DNA of 63,708 nucleotides, the filler included, from Octopus bimaculoides (taxonomy: Eukaryota): the NCBI RefSeq assembly GCF_001194135.2. It is 5 parts of 5 records of this genome, joined end to end, with 100 filler letters (N's around TTAATTAATTAA, not from the genome) between each part and the next. Parts side by side here need not be neighbours in the genome. Positions count along the whole stretch, not along the records: positions 1 to 26,398 come from NC_068988.1; 4 more parts are not named here. The stretch is one strand, 5' to 3'. This document shows, one piece after another, positions 1 to 12,349 of this stretch (positions are counted from its first letter, which is position 1; every line of letters starts with the position of its first letter). Below the pieces are notes generated by a model. The model was not told the DNA's origin and searched no databases. It saw nothing but the letters and a program-made list of their open reading frames with translations. Made by a program: the position numbers and the translations under genes.

Positions 1-1391
1 TGTGTATGCGCGTGTGTGTTTATGTGTGTCTGTATGTGTGTGTCCGTGTGCGCGTGTGTGTATATTTTTTGTGCGTGCGTGTATGTGTATATTGTGTATG
101 TTTTCGTGCGTGCGTGTGTGTTGTGTATGTGAGTGAGTATTGTGTATGTGAGTGAGTATTGTGTATGTGAGAGGTGTGTGTGCGTGTGTGCATGTGTGTA
201 TATGTGTATGTGTGTTGTGCATGTGTGTGTGTGTTTGTGTACGTGAGAGGTGTGTGTGCGTGTGTGTATGTGTGTGTTTATGCGTGTTGCGTGCGTATGT
301 GTGTGAGAGCGTAAGGATGTGTGCCAGGTATGTGTGTTATTTTGTGTATGCACTCCTGTGTGTATGTGTGTGCATGTGTATGCGGCTGNNNNNNNNNNGT
401 AAGGATGTGTGCCAGGTATGTGTGTTATTTTGTGTATGCACTCCTGTGTGTATGTGTGTGCATGTGTATGCGGCTGTGTATGTAGGCGTGCGCTTATATA
501 TAGGTGTGTGTGCGTGTGTGTCTGCGTGTGTATAGGGCTGTGTAAGGTGTGTGTCTCTACCACTGTGCGTGTGTGTGTGTGTATGTATGTGCGTTCGTCT
601 ATATGTGTGTGTGAGGGCGCGCATGTATGTTTGTCATGTGTGTGGGCGGTATATAGGTAAGGTGTGTGGGAGGTGTGCGTGTGTTAGGTGTATGGGAGGT
701 ATGGGAGGTATGGGAGGTATGTGTGAATGGGGGTATGTATGGGTTGTCAGGTGTGTGGGAGGTATGTGTGAATGGGGGTATATATGGGTTATGTGTGCAA
801 GGGTGTGTATGCTTGGGTGTATGTGTGTGTGTATGCGCAAGTGTGCGTGTGTATGTGCGTTTGTATAAGTGTGTGGGCGAGTCTGAACGTGTAAGTGCAT
901 GCATATGTGTTGTGTGTGTGTGGTGTGTTGNNNNNNNNNNNNNNNNNNNNNNNNNNNNNNNNNNNNNNNNNNNNNNNNNNNNNNNNNNNNNNNNNNNNNN
1001 NNNNNNNNNNNNNNNNNNNNNNNNNNNNNNNNNNNNNNNNNNNNNNNNNNNNNNNNNNNNNNNNNNNNNNNNNNNNNNNNNNNNNNNNNNNNNNNNNNNN
1101 NNNNNNNNNNNNNNNNNNNNNNNNNNNNNNNNNNNNNNNNNNNNNNNNNNNNNNNNNNNNNNNNNNNNNNNNNNNNNNNNNNNNNNNNNNNNNNNNNNNN
1201 NNNNNNNNNNNNNNNNNNNNNNNNNNNNNNNNNNNNNNNNNNNNNNNNNNNNNNNNNNNNNNNNNNNNNNNNNNNNNNNNNNNNNNNNNNNNNNNNNNNN
1301 NNNNNNNNNNNNNNNNNNNNNNNNNNNNNNNNNNNNNNNNNNNNNNNNNNNNNNNNNNNNNNNNNNNNNNNNNNNNNNNNNNNNNNNNNNN

Positions 1392-1432
<41 letters not shown>

Positions 1433-1954
1433 CAAATGTGTTTGTGTGCATACATGTACCTTTACGCGCCAATCACTGCTTGAATGTAACACTAGAGGTG
1501 CAACTAGGTGCATCACACGCCTACTACTTCATGAATGTTAATGAAAAGATGCACCTTCATGGTATCTCAATAACAAATTAGCTTGAGCATAGAGCTGATC
1601 CATATGTGACCGGCTGAATGGACAAAACATATATCAAGTTTATTGAGAACCAATTACACAAAGCATGTGAACATATTCATATATAAAGAAGTAAGCGAAA
1701 TTCTATGTAGCGGTCAAAATATATCTGGCAGTTGAAGTGCAGTTGTGGATATAGATATAATTTTCACTTGGAGCAATATAACTGCGAAGAAGGGAATATA
1801 TAAAGGGTTATGGTACAAATTGGGCTTGCACATATGGGGAGTAAAAAGTACAATGAAAAAGGAGATATTTCCTTTTGCCTGCATGCGAAGAAATTTAGGC
1901 ACCGAAACAATTAATACAATAATTATGACAGCAAAATTAACAGACACGTCAGGG

Positions 1955-2115
1955 CGATGACATCGACCTCGGTGTTTCACTTAATTTATCGAAGCCGAAA
2001 GGATGAAAGGCAAAGTCAACCTCGGCGGAATTTGTGCTCAGAACGTAGAGACAAATGAAATGCCGCTAAGTATTTTGCCTGACGTGCCAACTATTCTGCC
2101 AGCTCGTCACCTTAA
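1955..2115 (-). mobile_element. SINE family A (tRNA-derived)
   Basis: Shares the core ggatgaaaggcaaagtcgacctcggcggaatttgaactcagaacg with more than 10 other copies in the window. Confidence 0.85.
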
Positions 2116-2429
2116 AACGGCCGTAATGATAATAACAGAACTAAAATCTCCGTGTTGAACTTTCTTCATAGCGGACAAACTCTCAACTAAACTTATCTCG
2201 CCAACCTTCTGATGTTGTTGCTGCTGCTGCTGCTGCTGCTGCCGCTGCGTGGGTTCGAGTCCCACATGTACGGGAAAAATCTAGTTTTTACTGTCGAGGG
2301 CTTATATGCCCCATTATTAGACTATTTTCTTTAGTCAATGAGCGGTGATCGCTTATAAGCTTTAAGATTATAAAATATTATTATTATTATTTACAGAATT
2401 GTAAAAACCGACGCTGCATAAAAAAACCA

Positions 2430-2667
2430 TTGCAGTAATATATGGGAGAATATACAAAAAATAACAACAGACGAGGACAGGTGGTGTAAATAACAAAAGT
2501 ATATATTAGTATGACGCTCGGGAATACGGAAAGTCTTTGACGTTTCGAGCTACGCTCTTCAACAGAAAGAATACGGAGACAAGGAGAAAAACACGGAGAA
2601 AAAAAATTGAATAGTGTTCAGTCAACGGTCAATCATAATAATCATAATTGCAGTAATATATGGGAGA
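2430..2667 (-). repeat. PLE-type terminal repeat unit, tandem with 218-bp period, carrying a hammerhead-like motif
   Basis: ttgcagtaatatatgggaga occurs at 2430 and again at 2648 before a gap. The minus strand is homologous to 5400-5500 (ccgagcgtcatactaata vs ccgagagtcaaactaata). Confidence 0.7.
2534..2570 (-). ncRNA. Minimal type I hammerhead-like motif (A6U variant)
   Basis: Minus strand reads UCUUU-CUGUUGA-A-GAGC(gua)GCUC-GAAA-CG-UC-AAAGA. It has a 5-bp helix I, a 4-bp helix II and a palindromic ACGU helix III. Confidence 0.65.
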
Positions 2668-3058
2668 NNNNNNNNNNNNNNNNNNNNNNNNNNNNNNNNN
2701 NNNNNNNNNNNNNNNNNNNNNNNNNNNNNNNNNNNNNNNNNNNNNNNNNNNNNNNNNNNNNNNNNNNNNNNNNNNNNNNNNNNNNNNNNNNNNNNNNNNN
2801 NNNNNNNNNNNNNNNNNNNNNNNNNNNNNNNNNNNNNNNNNNNNNNNNNNNNNNNNNNNNNNNNNNATAATAAATTAGTATATGCATATATACGTACATG
2901 TATGTACATACCCACATCTACACGTATATGTAGATGCATATCTGGGTACAGGACTTTGCAAAAAACGTGGACAAAATGATAAACAGAGTACAGAAAACAC
3001 AGAGGCCACATAGAGAACATTTCCTTCATCAACTGCCACCATTCTAAAACTAAGCGTT

Positions 3059-3103
<45 letters not shown>

Positions 3104-3814
3104 TAATCTTAGAATATATCAATAAAATGCTAGCGAAATTTAAACCACACTTGTGTTCGTTTATACATACACTACACTTGGAACCAGCATTGCGCTCCCA
3201 ACTGACCATGTTTTATGAGGGGATTTGATATACAGAAACTGTCCAGAAGACCATCATATTTATACATACATATGCACGTACGTATGTATGTGTTTGTGTT
3301 AAGTGTATGTATATATATGACTGTGTTTCGTCTGTAAGTCAGTGTTTGTCAGCCCCACTGTGAGGCTGACAACCGGGGTTGATGAGTTTATATCCTTGTA
3401 ACCGAAATGTTGACAAAATTAACCTATAGCATATTAGGGATTTGTTTTACTAAAATCATTGAAGACGGTGTCCCGGCGTGGCCACAGTCCAAAGACTGAA
3501 AAAAGTAATTGAAAAAGATGAAAGAAATATTTGAATACACATATGCTTGTATGTATGTATCTATGTATGTATTATGCATGTATATGATATGCAGAGAAAT
3601 TTACTATCAGTTAGTTCAACTACCAGCAAATTTGTAATGGTCGCATCTTACCGGGGGTCATGTGGTCTTTAGCCTCGGCTGGTTCAATATTTAGAAGATG
3701 AGCGCCATGTCTAACATTTGTCGACATACTTTGTACAAAGTTGCTCTCATCGACAATACCAAAAGTTCTGACGGGCTCTGCACAAGTCGTCTCTACTACT
3801 AATCCTTGCATCGG

Positions 3815-5480
3815 TTGGCCAATGGTTCGTTTCTTATAGCCCTACCCACACCACGTTCTCCCACCCCTACTCCCAATTCCTCCGTCTGCGCAGATTCTGC
3901 AGTGATAACCATGACTTTGAGACTCAGTCTCGCCAATTCATCCCACGTGAATATCCCCTCACCGCTATCCATACTGCCCTTGCCAGAGCACGTTCCGTGG
4001 ACCGTGCCTCTGCTCTTTCNNNNNNNNNNNNNNNNNNNNNNNNNNNNNNNNNNNNNNNNNNNNNNNNNNNNNNNNNNNNNNNNNNNNNNNNNNNNNNNNN
4101 NNNNNNNNNNNNNNNNNNNNNNNNNNNNNNNNNNNNNNNNNNNNNNNNNNNNNNNNNNNNNNNNNNNNNNNNNNNNNNNNNNNNNNNNNNNNNNNNNNNN
4201 NNNNNNNNNNNNNNNNNNNNNNNNNNNNNNNNNNNNNNNNNNNNNNNNNCTGCTCCCGCCCACGCTGCCGTACCTGCCCCTACCTTTCCAACACCACCAT
4301 CTTCAAAGTCACCCATCATCGTCCCATTACCGACTCCTTTACTTGCACTTCTAGTAACGTCATTTACTGCATCTCCTGCTCCTTCTGCCCTGCCCTATAC
4401 ATCGGTCAAACAGGATACCGCTTGGCTCACCGGTTGGCAGAGAACCTCTCAGACATTAGACTCGACAGACACCCCAGTTTCGCACCATTTTCACTCTACC
4501 GGTAATTCACTATAACATGTCTGTGTTCGGACGGTCTTTGCACAGGGGCCATCCGGACTCCCGCCTTCACCGTGAACGAGAATTAATCTTCTCACTTCGC
4601 TCCTTTGCTCCATATGGGCTAAACTCCCTTCCTCTCTTCATCTGACACCCACTTCCTCTCTTCACACCTACCTGCCTCCTCTCTTCATTGATACCACCTC
4701 CACCCCCACCCCGCTCCACACTCACTCACACCACACATACTAGCACTGACTACTTCCCAGCACCCACACCACACAACATCATCCACACACCCACACAAAA
4801 TCTTCAGTAGCGTCACCGGCTACATATACCACTATATGAGCAGACACACACACTGTAACTCAGTATACACACCACATACCATCACGCACACTCTCACACC
4901 TACGCAAGCACATAATACCTGAACACAGACAATATATACTCCCACACCCACACAAGTACATGATACCTGAACACAGGCTATATATACATACACACGCAAT
5001 ACGCATTAACACACGCTACATACATAGACAAAGTTAGCTTACGTCCACATATATACACCATACACATGCACATTGCTTGGTCACAGACACACTCACACAC
5101 ACATGTATATTCACAACGTGAAAAAGCACACTTCAAGTGCTACACACAACACACACATGTTACAGACGCACACACCTACACACGCGCACATTCACTCACT
5201 AATCCCTATTCACACGCACACGTTTACACATTCGCACACACCATTACCACATACACATACACTCACAAGCACCTTCATTTGGGATCATCAGCAGTTTATT
5301 ATCTTCTTTTCTTTCAACCTCTTCTTTCAATCTTGTTTCTAATCATGACCTTTAAACCTAGAAGTTTTTCTTTTCATTCTCTCAGTGTATTTTCTCTTAT
5401 TCTTTTCTGTTGAAGATCGCAGGCTCAAAACATAAACTATTTTTCATTTACCGAGAGTCAAACTAATAAACCTGCTTATT
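3815..5480 (+). mobile_element. Penelope-like element relic with C-terminal endonuclease (Neptune-like): RT thumb, Cys linker, GIY-YIG, 3' terminal repeat
   Basis: 3830-4019 translates PYSQFLRLRRFCSDNHDFETQ..REYPLTAIHTALARARSVDR. 4251-4470 translates CSRPRCRTCPYL..FTCTSSNVIYCISCSFCPALYIGQTGYRLAHRLAENLSDIR. Frameshifted PVSHHFHSTGNS and RLHRERELIFSLRSFAPYGLN (to about 4628) follow. A decayed hammerhead-like motif lies at 5407-5433. Confidence 0.9.
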
Positions 5481-6067
5481 TTTCATACACTTGTCTTCGT
5501 ATTTTGTTTTCTATAAATTTCAACTGTGTGTGTGTGTGTGTNNNNNNNNNNNNNNNNNNNNNNNNNNNNNNNNNNNNNNNNNNNNNNNNNNNNNNNNNNN
5601 NNNNNNNNNNNNNNNNNNNNNNNNNNNNNNNNNNNNNNNNNNNNNNNNNNNNNNNNNNNNNNNNNNNNNNNNNNNNNNNNNNNNNNNNNNNNNNNNNNNN
5701 NNNNNNNNNNNNNNNNNNNNNNNNNNNNNNNNNNNNNNNNNNNNNNNNNNNNNNNNNNNNNNNNNNNNNNNNNNNNNNNNNNNNNNNNNNNNNNNNNNNN
5801 NNNNNNNNNNNNNNNNNNNNNNNNNNNNNNNNNNNNNNNNNNNNNNNNNNNNNNNNNNNNNNNNNNNNNNNNNNNNNNNNNNNNNNNNNNNNNNNNNNNN
5901 NNNNNNNNNNNNNNNNNNNNNNNNNNNNNNNNNNNNNNNNNNNNNNNNNNNNNNNNNNNNNNNNNNNNNNNNNNNNNNNNNNNNNNNNNNNNNNNNNNNN
6001 NNNNNNNNNNNNNNNNNNNNNNNNNNNNNNNNNNNNNNNNNNNNNNNNNNNNNNNNNNNNNNNNNNN

Positions 6068-6270
6068 NTTATCCAAGGGAAAGGCAAAGGCCGATACAGC
6101 TTGGCACTTGTGACGTCGAATCTCGTCGGATTTCTACAGATGAGTGAACTGGAGTAACGTGAAATAAAGTGTCTTCCTCGAGAATACAGCACGCAGCCCG
6201 GTCCGGGATTCGAACTCACAACCACACGGTCGTAAGCTCGACGCCCTAACTACTGGACTATGCGCCGTCA
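6068..6270 (-). mobile_element. tRNA-derived SINE (family C in this window)
   Basis: Minus-strand head ggcgcatagtccagtagttagggcgtcgagcttacgaccgtgtggttgtgagttcgaatccc has A- and B-box-like motifs. A non-tRNA body follows. Confidence 0.8.
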
Positions 6271-6285
6271 CACACACATACACAC

Positions 6286-6327
<42 letters not shown>

Positions 6328-8323
6328 TACATAAATATATCTGCAATAATAAAAGAGAAATTCTATCCGTCTGGGACCCCTGTTACTCATTCTACATTTG
6401 CTCTACATAGACATATTATACTTTTTGGGCATCAGGATGATCCTGGTGTTGTAAATTTGCCCTTCATTTCGTTCTTGAAGATCCAGCATGAGGATCTAAT
6501 TTAAAAGCATTTGGGTTGCTATTTCTACCAGGTAAAGCTTGGCTGATTCACGCCATCTTGGTTAGCGTTTGTCAGATGACGTCAGAAATCAAGGGGGAGA
6601 TAAATGCCATTCGCTTCGTTAATTTTACGTCGAGATAAGAAGTTTGGGACAAATTGGCCGACAGTTGGAATTCTACTTGTAACTGGAAGAATATAATTAT
6701 TGCATTACAGAATTAATTCTCATCCGTCCTAAACTTCTGATCAAACACCACCTTGGGATATAGTCATTATGGACGTATTATAGTCATGCTATTTAGCTCT
6801 CTTTAGTTATGAGCCGTAGAGCGAATAAGCCCTACGCAGGAGCTACCTTAAAAGTCCGCACAGAATGCGGCTTTTAAGCTAGTAATATAATATAATGTAG
6901 AACTCTTATGTTTGTTTTTTCTTAAGTATATTTTTTATTCTTATAAAACACACACACACACATATATATATATATGTGAATGGATGTATATGTATGTACA
7001 TTTGTACGTACGTACATATGTATGTATGTATGTATGTATGTACTTACGTAAGTATGTATGTATGTATGTATGTATGTACGTATGTGAGTCTGACTGAAAC
7101 ATCTTGATGTATTCAGAATAAGCTTGTAAGTCTGTACAATTGTTTATTGCGCTGATATATAGTAGTAAATCAAAGAAAATGAGGTGAGAATTTATCTAAA
7201 TATTTAAGGAATTCCGGATAAAATATATTAAGAAACCAAACGTATAAGTCGTAAATTTTGTTAATTCAAATATACCTGTCTGCTGGAACATTCCAGAAAT
7301 ATAGGATACCGAACGTTGAAGTTATAGAAAAAAAGAAAACTGGGAAACACCCACTAAATATTATGGAAACATTTAAATCTTTACATGAAAACAAATTACT
7401 TACCATTAGAGCTAGCATGATACAGAAGACTGTCCTTAGAGTCATATATGTTAAATTCCTTGTCAATAAATTCCATTAACTCCCTACGGTGACGCCTCGT
7501 CTAGTAAATATATTCTTAATTATTTCATTTTCTGTTTTTCTTTTATTCATTTGCCTATTTCAAGCAACTGTAATTAAGAAAATACAATAACATGAATAAA
7601 ATAAATCTTTTACAAGGATTTGAACTCAAATATAAAATTTGCTAAGACTGGATTCTTCACAAATTTAAAGTTTAAACTTTGAATTAAGATTAGCTCTAGA
7701 AATGTAATATTACTTCAGTACCTAGTATTTGGGAAACAGGTAAAGAAGTCCTGTCTACAACAAAAGATAAAACAAAGAGTAAATGTCTTCTAAGCTGTAA
7801 ATGTTTATAACAGCCGGCTCTTAGATTTATTTGATGGTGTAGAATAGTTAGGAAGTAAATTTCTATCAGGGAATTACGGCATTCCGGTAATGGGTTTAAC
7901 TTTGTGAGATGAATATATTTGCTAATATTTCCTGTAGTTTTGGAATGTAACTTTCTGTCCAAAAACCTGACATAATATCTGCAGAGGAACTGAAATTATG
8001 AATGATGAATCGGCTGTCTAATATGCCTTCAACTTAGCTATTTTATATCTACTTTTCAAGCTTCCTAACAACATCAGTTTAAGGCGATCCGCATTTGTAC
8101 CCCAGTTTCGGATTCCGTTGAAGCAGCTTTAACTTGTGTTCACTGCTCGTGTGCTGTTATAATGTTTAGTTTTAAATACCTACCAATAAACCATGCGACC
8201 TATTTATAGGTCACGACAATGAGAAAGCATTCCGTGCTCAACATGCTAAAAATAACAGTCAAATTTTCCTCATACCACGCCTTATCATCATCCAAAAACA
8301 AAAATGTACACATTCTACATTAC

Positions 8324-8601
8324 AAAGAATAAAAAGTTTTGAATGGTACTACAATGCACTATAATACAAAAAATGGACTATTTACCTGTTGTAATTTAGT
8401 TATCCATAGTCCGATGATATTTCGGAATACAATTCCTTCTTCGGAAAACCGATTATAGCAGCGACTCCATTTAAGAATATCTGAAGAAGGAATTGTATTC
8501 CGAAATATCATCAGACTATCGATAACTAAATTACAACAGGTATATAGTCCATTTTTTGTATTATAGTGCATTGTTGTATCATTCAAAACATTTTATTCTT
8601 T
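8324..8601. repeat. Long inverted repeat (about 122-bp arms, 34-nt spacer) with hammerhead-like cores at the inner ends
   Basis: 8324-8445 is the reverse complement of 8480-8601 with scattered mismatches. The right arm starts CTGAAGA-A-GGAAT(tgt)ATTCC-GAAA-TA-TC. Confidence 0.9.
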
Positions 8602-9072
8602 ACAAACAATACACAATGCTTCAACTACAATACTCTCCTATTCTATATTACGTCTAGAAAGAAAATGTTCGCGGCTAAAATATCCTTGATCAAAGGTTTG
8701 TTCAATTAAGAATGATCAGCAAGAGCAATAACCTATTTGAAGTTATGTTAATGTATAGGTAAATTTATAGGTTAAGAATGTAATGCATGGTCACAACGGT
8801 TCTCTGATTGACGTCACTATCGACTTGGTAAACTGTGACTCTATACAATCAGAAACTTACTAAAACGACAAAGCTATCGGAAACCTATTGTCACCTGTTG
8901 TATATGTAACTGTAGATGTCTTTCCTAATGAGATCGTATAACATTTAGACGCAATGAGTAGCATCTGAGAGAATTTGAATGATTACAGCCGATGAAATGA
9001 AAACTTTATGAAAAGTTGTCAAGAACCTAGTAGTTATATTTACAATGGCAATATAACGACTGCATACTTTTT

Positions 9073-9122
<50 letters not shown>

Positions 9123-9639
9123 GTGTGTGTGTATTTTTTTATATATATCTTTATGCATGTATATATAAGTGTGTGCATATACGTATGTCTCTATAAGTAT
9201 CTGTGTATGCATGAATATACATGTCTATATATCTGAATACGTTTGTATGTATTTGCTGTATATATGCATATACATTTGTGTATATGGTTTAATATTTTGC
9301 TTAAGTATTGCGAAACCAATAACCCGATGTAGGATTCAATATACGTATGTTTCAGAACGAAGTGTTAGCTGAGTTTAGTGCGGTAATAAGAAAGAGGGAT
9401 GACAAAGGAATAAATGATTATCTTATGAACTTCATTAGCTTACAGCTGTTTCTTCTATAAGATGCAATGGACTCATAGCTGAATTCCTGAATAATACCCT
9501 ATAGCTTCATCGAAGCCTTGAACATAAAGTGCAATCCATTTGGGAAAGAACTGCATTTGTGCCTATACAGGGAACAGCATCAACAGTAAAAAAAAATCAA
9601 TACAGATGTATATAAGAAAAGTGCATGTTCAAGATGTAA

Positions 9640-10410
9640 TTAGATTATTAATGGAGAAAGTCACTGGGGGTTGTGCTTTAAGCAAATGGTGGTAAGACTT
9701 AGATGGCCGTTCTGTGAAACTTATGTGAGCAGTTTCACGGTCTGGGTCCCCTCTTAAACTACAAAGCAACATATTTAGAATGACACTGCTTTCCCTTGTG
9801 TGGGGAAGGGGCTAGAAAAGATACTCTAAAAATTGCTTGCTCACGCATCATACAGCAAATCACTGGATGCTCAAAGATACAGTCGAAAAAATATGAGAAG
9901 ACAAAGGGAAAGGGTTAGAGAAACGGAGATGAGTATAGAAGCTTGGAACGTACACACACTCCAGGATCACAAGAAGCATCCAGAACACAATACGGCACAT
10001 ATAGCTCGGTTTCTGAGAAGTAAAGATGTTAGCATTGCTACTCTTCCTATGATCAGGTTATCAGATTCTGGTCAGCTGAATGAAGTAATTAGAGGGTACA
10101 CATTTTTTTTTTCTTTTGGATTGGTAAATATGATGAGAAGAGGGTGTCTGGTGTGGGTTTCGCTATTAGAAATGATATTGCATATACACTAGAATCCTTA
10201 CCAAATGTACTTAATGATCGTCTCATGTTATTGTGAATGCCAATCGGCCTAGAAAAATGTGCTAACACTAGTAAGTGTATACGTACCAACACTTGGTCCT
10301 ACGGATGCATCTAAAGATAGATTCAGTTCCGATTTACGAATATTACTGAAACGATTTCCCAATCAATATAAAACCTTTTATTTTAAGAGATTCTAATGTA
10401 CTCTATCGTT
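9640..10410 (+). mobile_element. RTE-clade LINE, 5' region and APE endonuclease relic
   Basis: Translates EAWNVHTLQDHKKHPEHNTAHIARFLRSKDVSIATLPMIRLSDSGQLNEVIRGYTFF. Frameshifted GVGFAI, LNDRLMLL, LVSVYVPT, FxSDLRILL and xDSN motifs follow, typical of RTE APE. Confidence 0.85.
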
Positions 10411-10799
10411 CGGTTTAGTGAATCGAAAAGGAGTGCTGTCCCGTGTCTATCTTTCTTCCACTCCTTACTATCTTTCGTTCCGTCTTCCTTCTCCCCACTC
10501 CCTTTGTTTCTTTCCCTCATCTTTGATCTTGTTCCCCTTCTCAAACATGTTTGCTCCCATGTGACTACAGGCCATTTCTCTGTATTTTCTGTATTTTCTG
10601 GACGCGACGTCCATTTAGATAGAAGTCATTTTCCTCGCCTCCCAATATTTTTTCCCCTACTGCTATTTTCTTCTCTTCTATTTATCTATATCCTTTAAAA
10701 ATTTCCCCCAAGTGTTACCCACTACAATGCTTCTTGGCCTAACGGCCCTTAATGTTTGTCTTCTTCGATTGTTTACTTTGTACGTCCACACTAACTCTC

Positions 10800-11165
10800 C
10801 ACTGTTTTATGAAGGTTTCCTATCTTGTTGAAAGCTCGAAATAGGAAGTAATTAACCGTCGTCAACTGAGGAGGGGTTAGACTATTCTGGCGGTATTTTG
10901 TCCCGTACTCGTCTCTCATTATGTGTTTACGTATTTTCACTCGTTGGTAATACCCTGTCCTTATTGTGAATTTTTTGTATTTTGTCCTGTATTTATCCCT
11001 CGTGTCTTTACGTATTTTTCACTCGTGATGTCGTGTACTTGATGTATTTTATACTTATTATCATTATATAAATATGTGACAATTATTCGGTAGCCATGAT
11101 AAAACTCCGAGTTCCGGATGCCGGGGTGGAAACCCACGCCGCCATCTCTTCAGTTATCTGGCTAT
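10800..11165. mobile_element. PLE-type terminal-repeat composite
   Basis: It has the permuted GAAA..CTGAGGA motif at 10838-10872 (+), a tgtcctgta-containing body shared with the 2930, 33200 and 50560 repeats, and an antisense hammerhead at 11091-11164. Confidence 0.5.
11091..11164 (-). ncRNA. Type I hammerhead-like ribozyme relic (A13G)
   Basis: Minus strand reads UAGCCA-GAUAA-CUGAAGA-GAUGGC..GGCAUC-C-GGAA-CU(cgg)AG-UU-UUAUC-a-UGGCUA. Helix I has 11 bp with one bulge, and helices II and III both form. Confidence 0.7.
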
Positions 11166-11229
11166 TGAAAGTTGCTATGAGAATGACCGTTAAAGAAAAG
11201 GAAATTACTGTATGGTTGACCGTTATTAA

Positions 11230-12340
11230 GACCTATTAGAATGACTGCTAAGTGAGGGGATGGAGTAAAGGTAAGGGAGTAAAAATTTCCATAATATTCG
11301 CGTAATATTTCCGATAACTCTCTCACAGACGTGTGGCCCCATGCCTCCAATCACGCGCATGATTTCTACCATGATTTCGGGAATTGTGCATGGTCTCTTG
11401 ACGTATACCTGTGATCTCACATATCCCCATAAGAAGAAACCACAAGGGGTAAGGTAGCAGGACCTTGGAGGCCATTGCTGGTCGCCATCCAAATATATCA
11501 CTCACTGCGAAAATTTTTCCTGGAGTAATGCAAACGTTTGGCGTGCAGTGTGGCAAGTCGCTCCATCCTGCTGAAACCAGAGGTTGTAAATCTCTGTCTT
11601 CCAAGTTCGGTCATCACTGAGTGGATATCATGTCTCGGTAACGTCTTTCATTAATGGTAACTGCATTTTCAAAGAACAGTCCAAGCACTCCACCTGCCCC
11701 AAAAATACACCACACAGTCGCTTTCAGTGGATGCATTTCACGCTCTTATATTATTTCTTTTCCCCAAATCCGGCAGTTTTGTTTATTGATAAATCTACTC
11801 AAGTGGAAGTGGGCCTCGACGCTGAAGATGATTTGATTTTCTTTGCAAAATATTCGTCAGCTGCAAGTCTCTCCACAACCCAGTCAACAAATTTCCTCCG
11901 CCTCACGTGGACAGGTGGCTGAAGATGCTGCGTAAGTTTAATTTCGTACTCATACATATGGAGATCTTAATGCAAAATTCGATGTAATGAAGTGGTAGGG
12001 ATACCCAACATCGGCGAGTCGATTTTCCCGGACTCAGTGTGATACTGTCTCAGACAACAGCAATTTGTTGCTCTGTCCGACGAGAACGATTCCGCCCAAG
12101 CGATTTGGCCGTTGGAACTGAAACAGTTGTTTTAAACTTCGTCATTAGTTTGCGAACCGTAGACTCGTTGAGTTTTTCATTTCTCCCCAAAATGGTACGA
12201 AGTGTTCGAGCTCTTTGTGTCGCACTTTCCCGTTTTGGTAAAATGTCTTCATGCACACTGTTCTGAAAAAACAAACAATAGACTATTAATCGGAGTGGAG
12301 AGAGATAGCAAACATTATAAAAGCTTGCCTTCAAACTTCA
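11230..12340 (-). mobile_element. Tc1/mariner-superfamily transposase pseudogene, DD41D (rosa/Visitor)-type
   Basis: Motifs IIFSVEAHFHLSRFINKQNCRIWG, WFQQDGATCHTAR and WPPRSCYLTPCGFFLWGYVRSQVY are present. 41 residues separate the second catalytic D from the third position (decayed GAT to GGT). Stops and frameshifts are present. Confidence 0.85.
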
Positions 12341-12349
12341 AACCACAAA

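Noticed and set aside
310-478. Apparent tandem duplications across 10-N gaps (also about 40528-40598, 63070-63178, 63315-63423)
   Set aside because: Identical sequence on both sides of a tiny gap is the usual unmerged contig-overlap artefact.
1-1581. Long ORFs such as VCVCVC, HTHTHT and IYIYIY here and throughout the window
   Set aside because: They are translations of dinucleotide microsatellites and N runs, not proteins.
6200-6270. tRNA-like sequences (also about 14720-14790 and the heads of families A and B)
   Set aside because: They continue into SINE bodies and do not give clean cloverleaves, so they were called SINE heads rather than tRNA genes.
7258-7479. 73-aa ORF faintly resembling a GIY-YIG C-terminus
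   Set aside because: No diagnostic motif; the resemblance is too weak to call.
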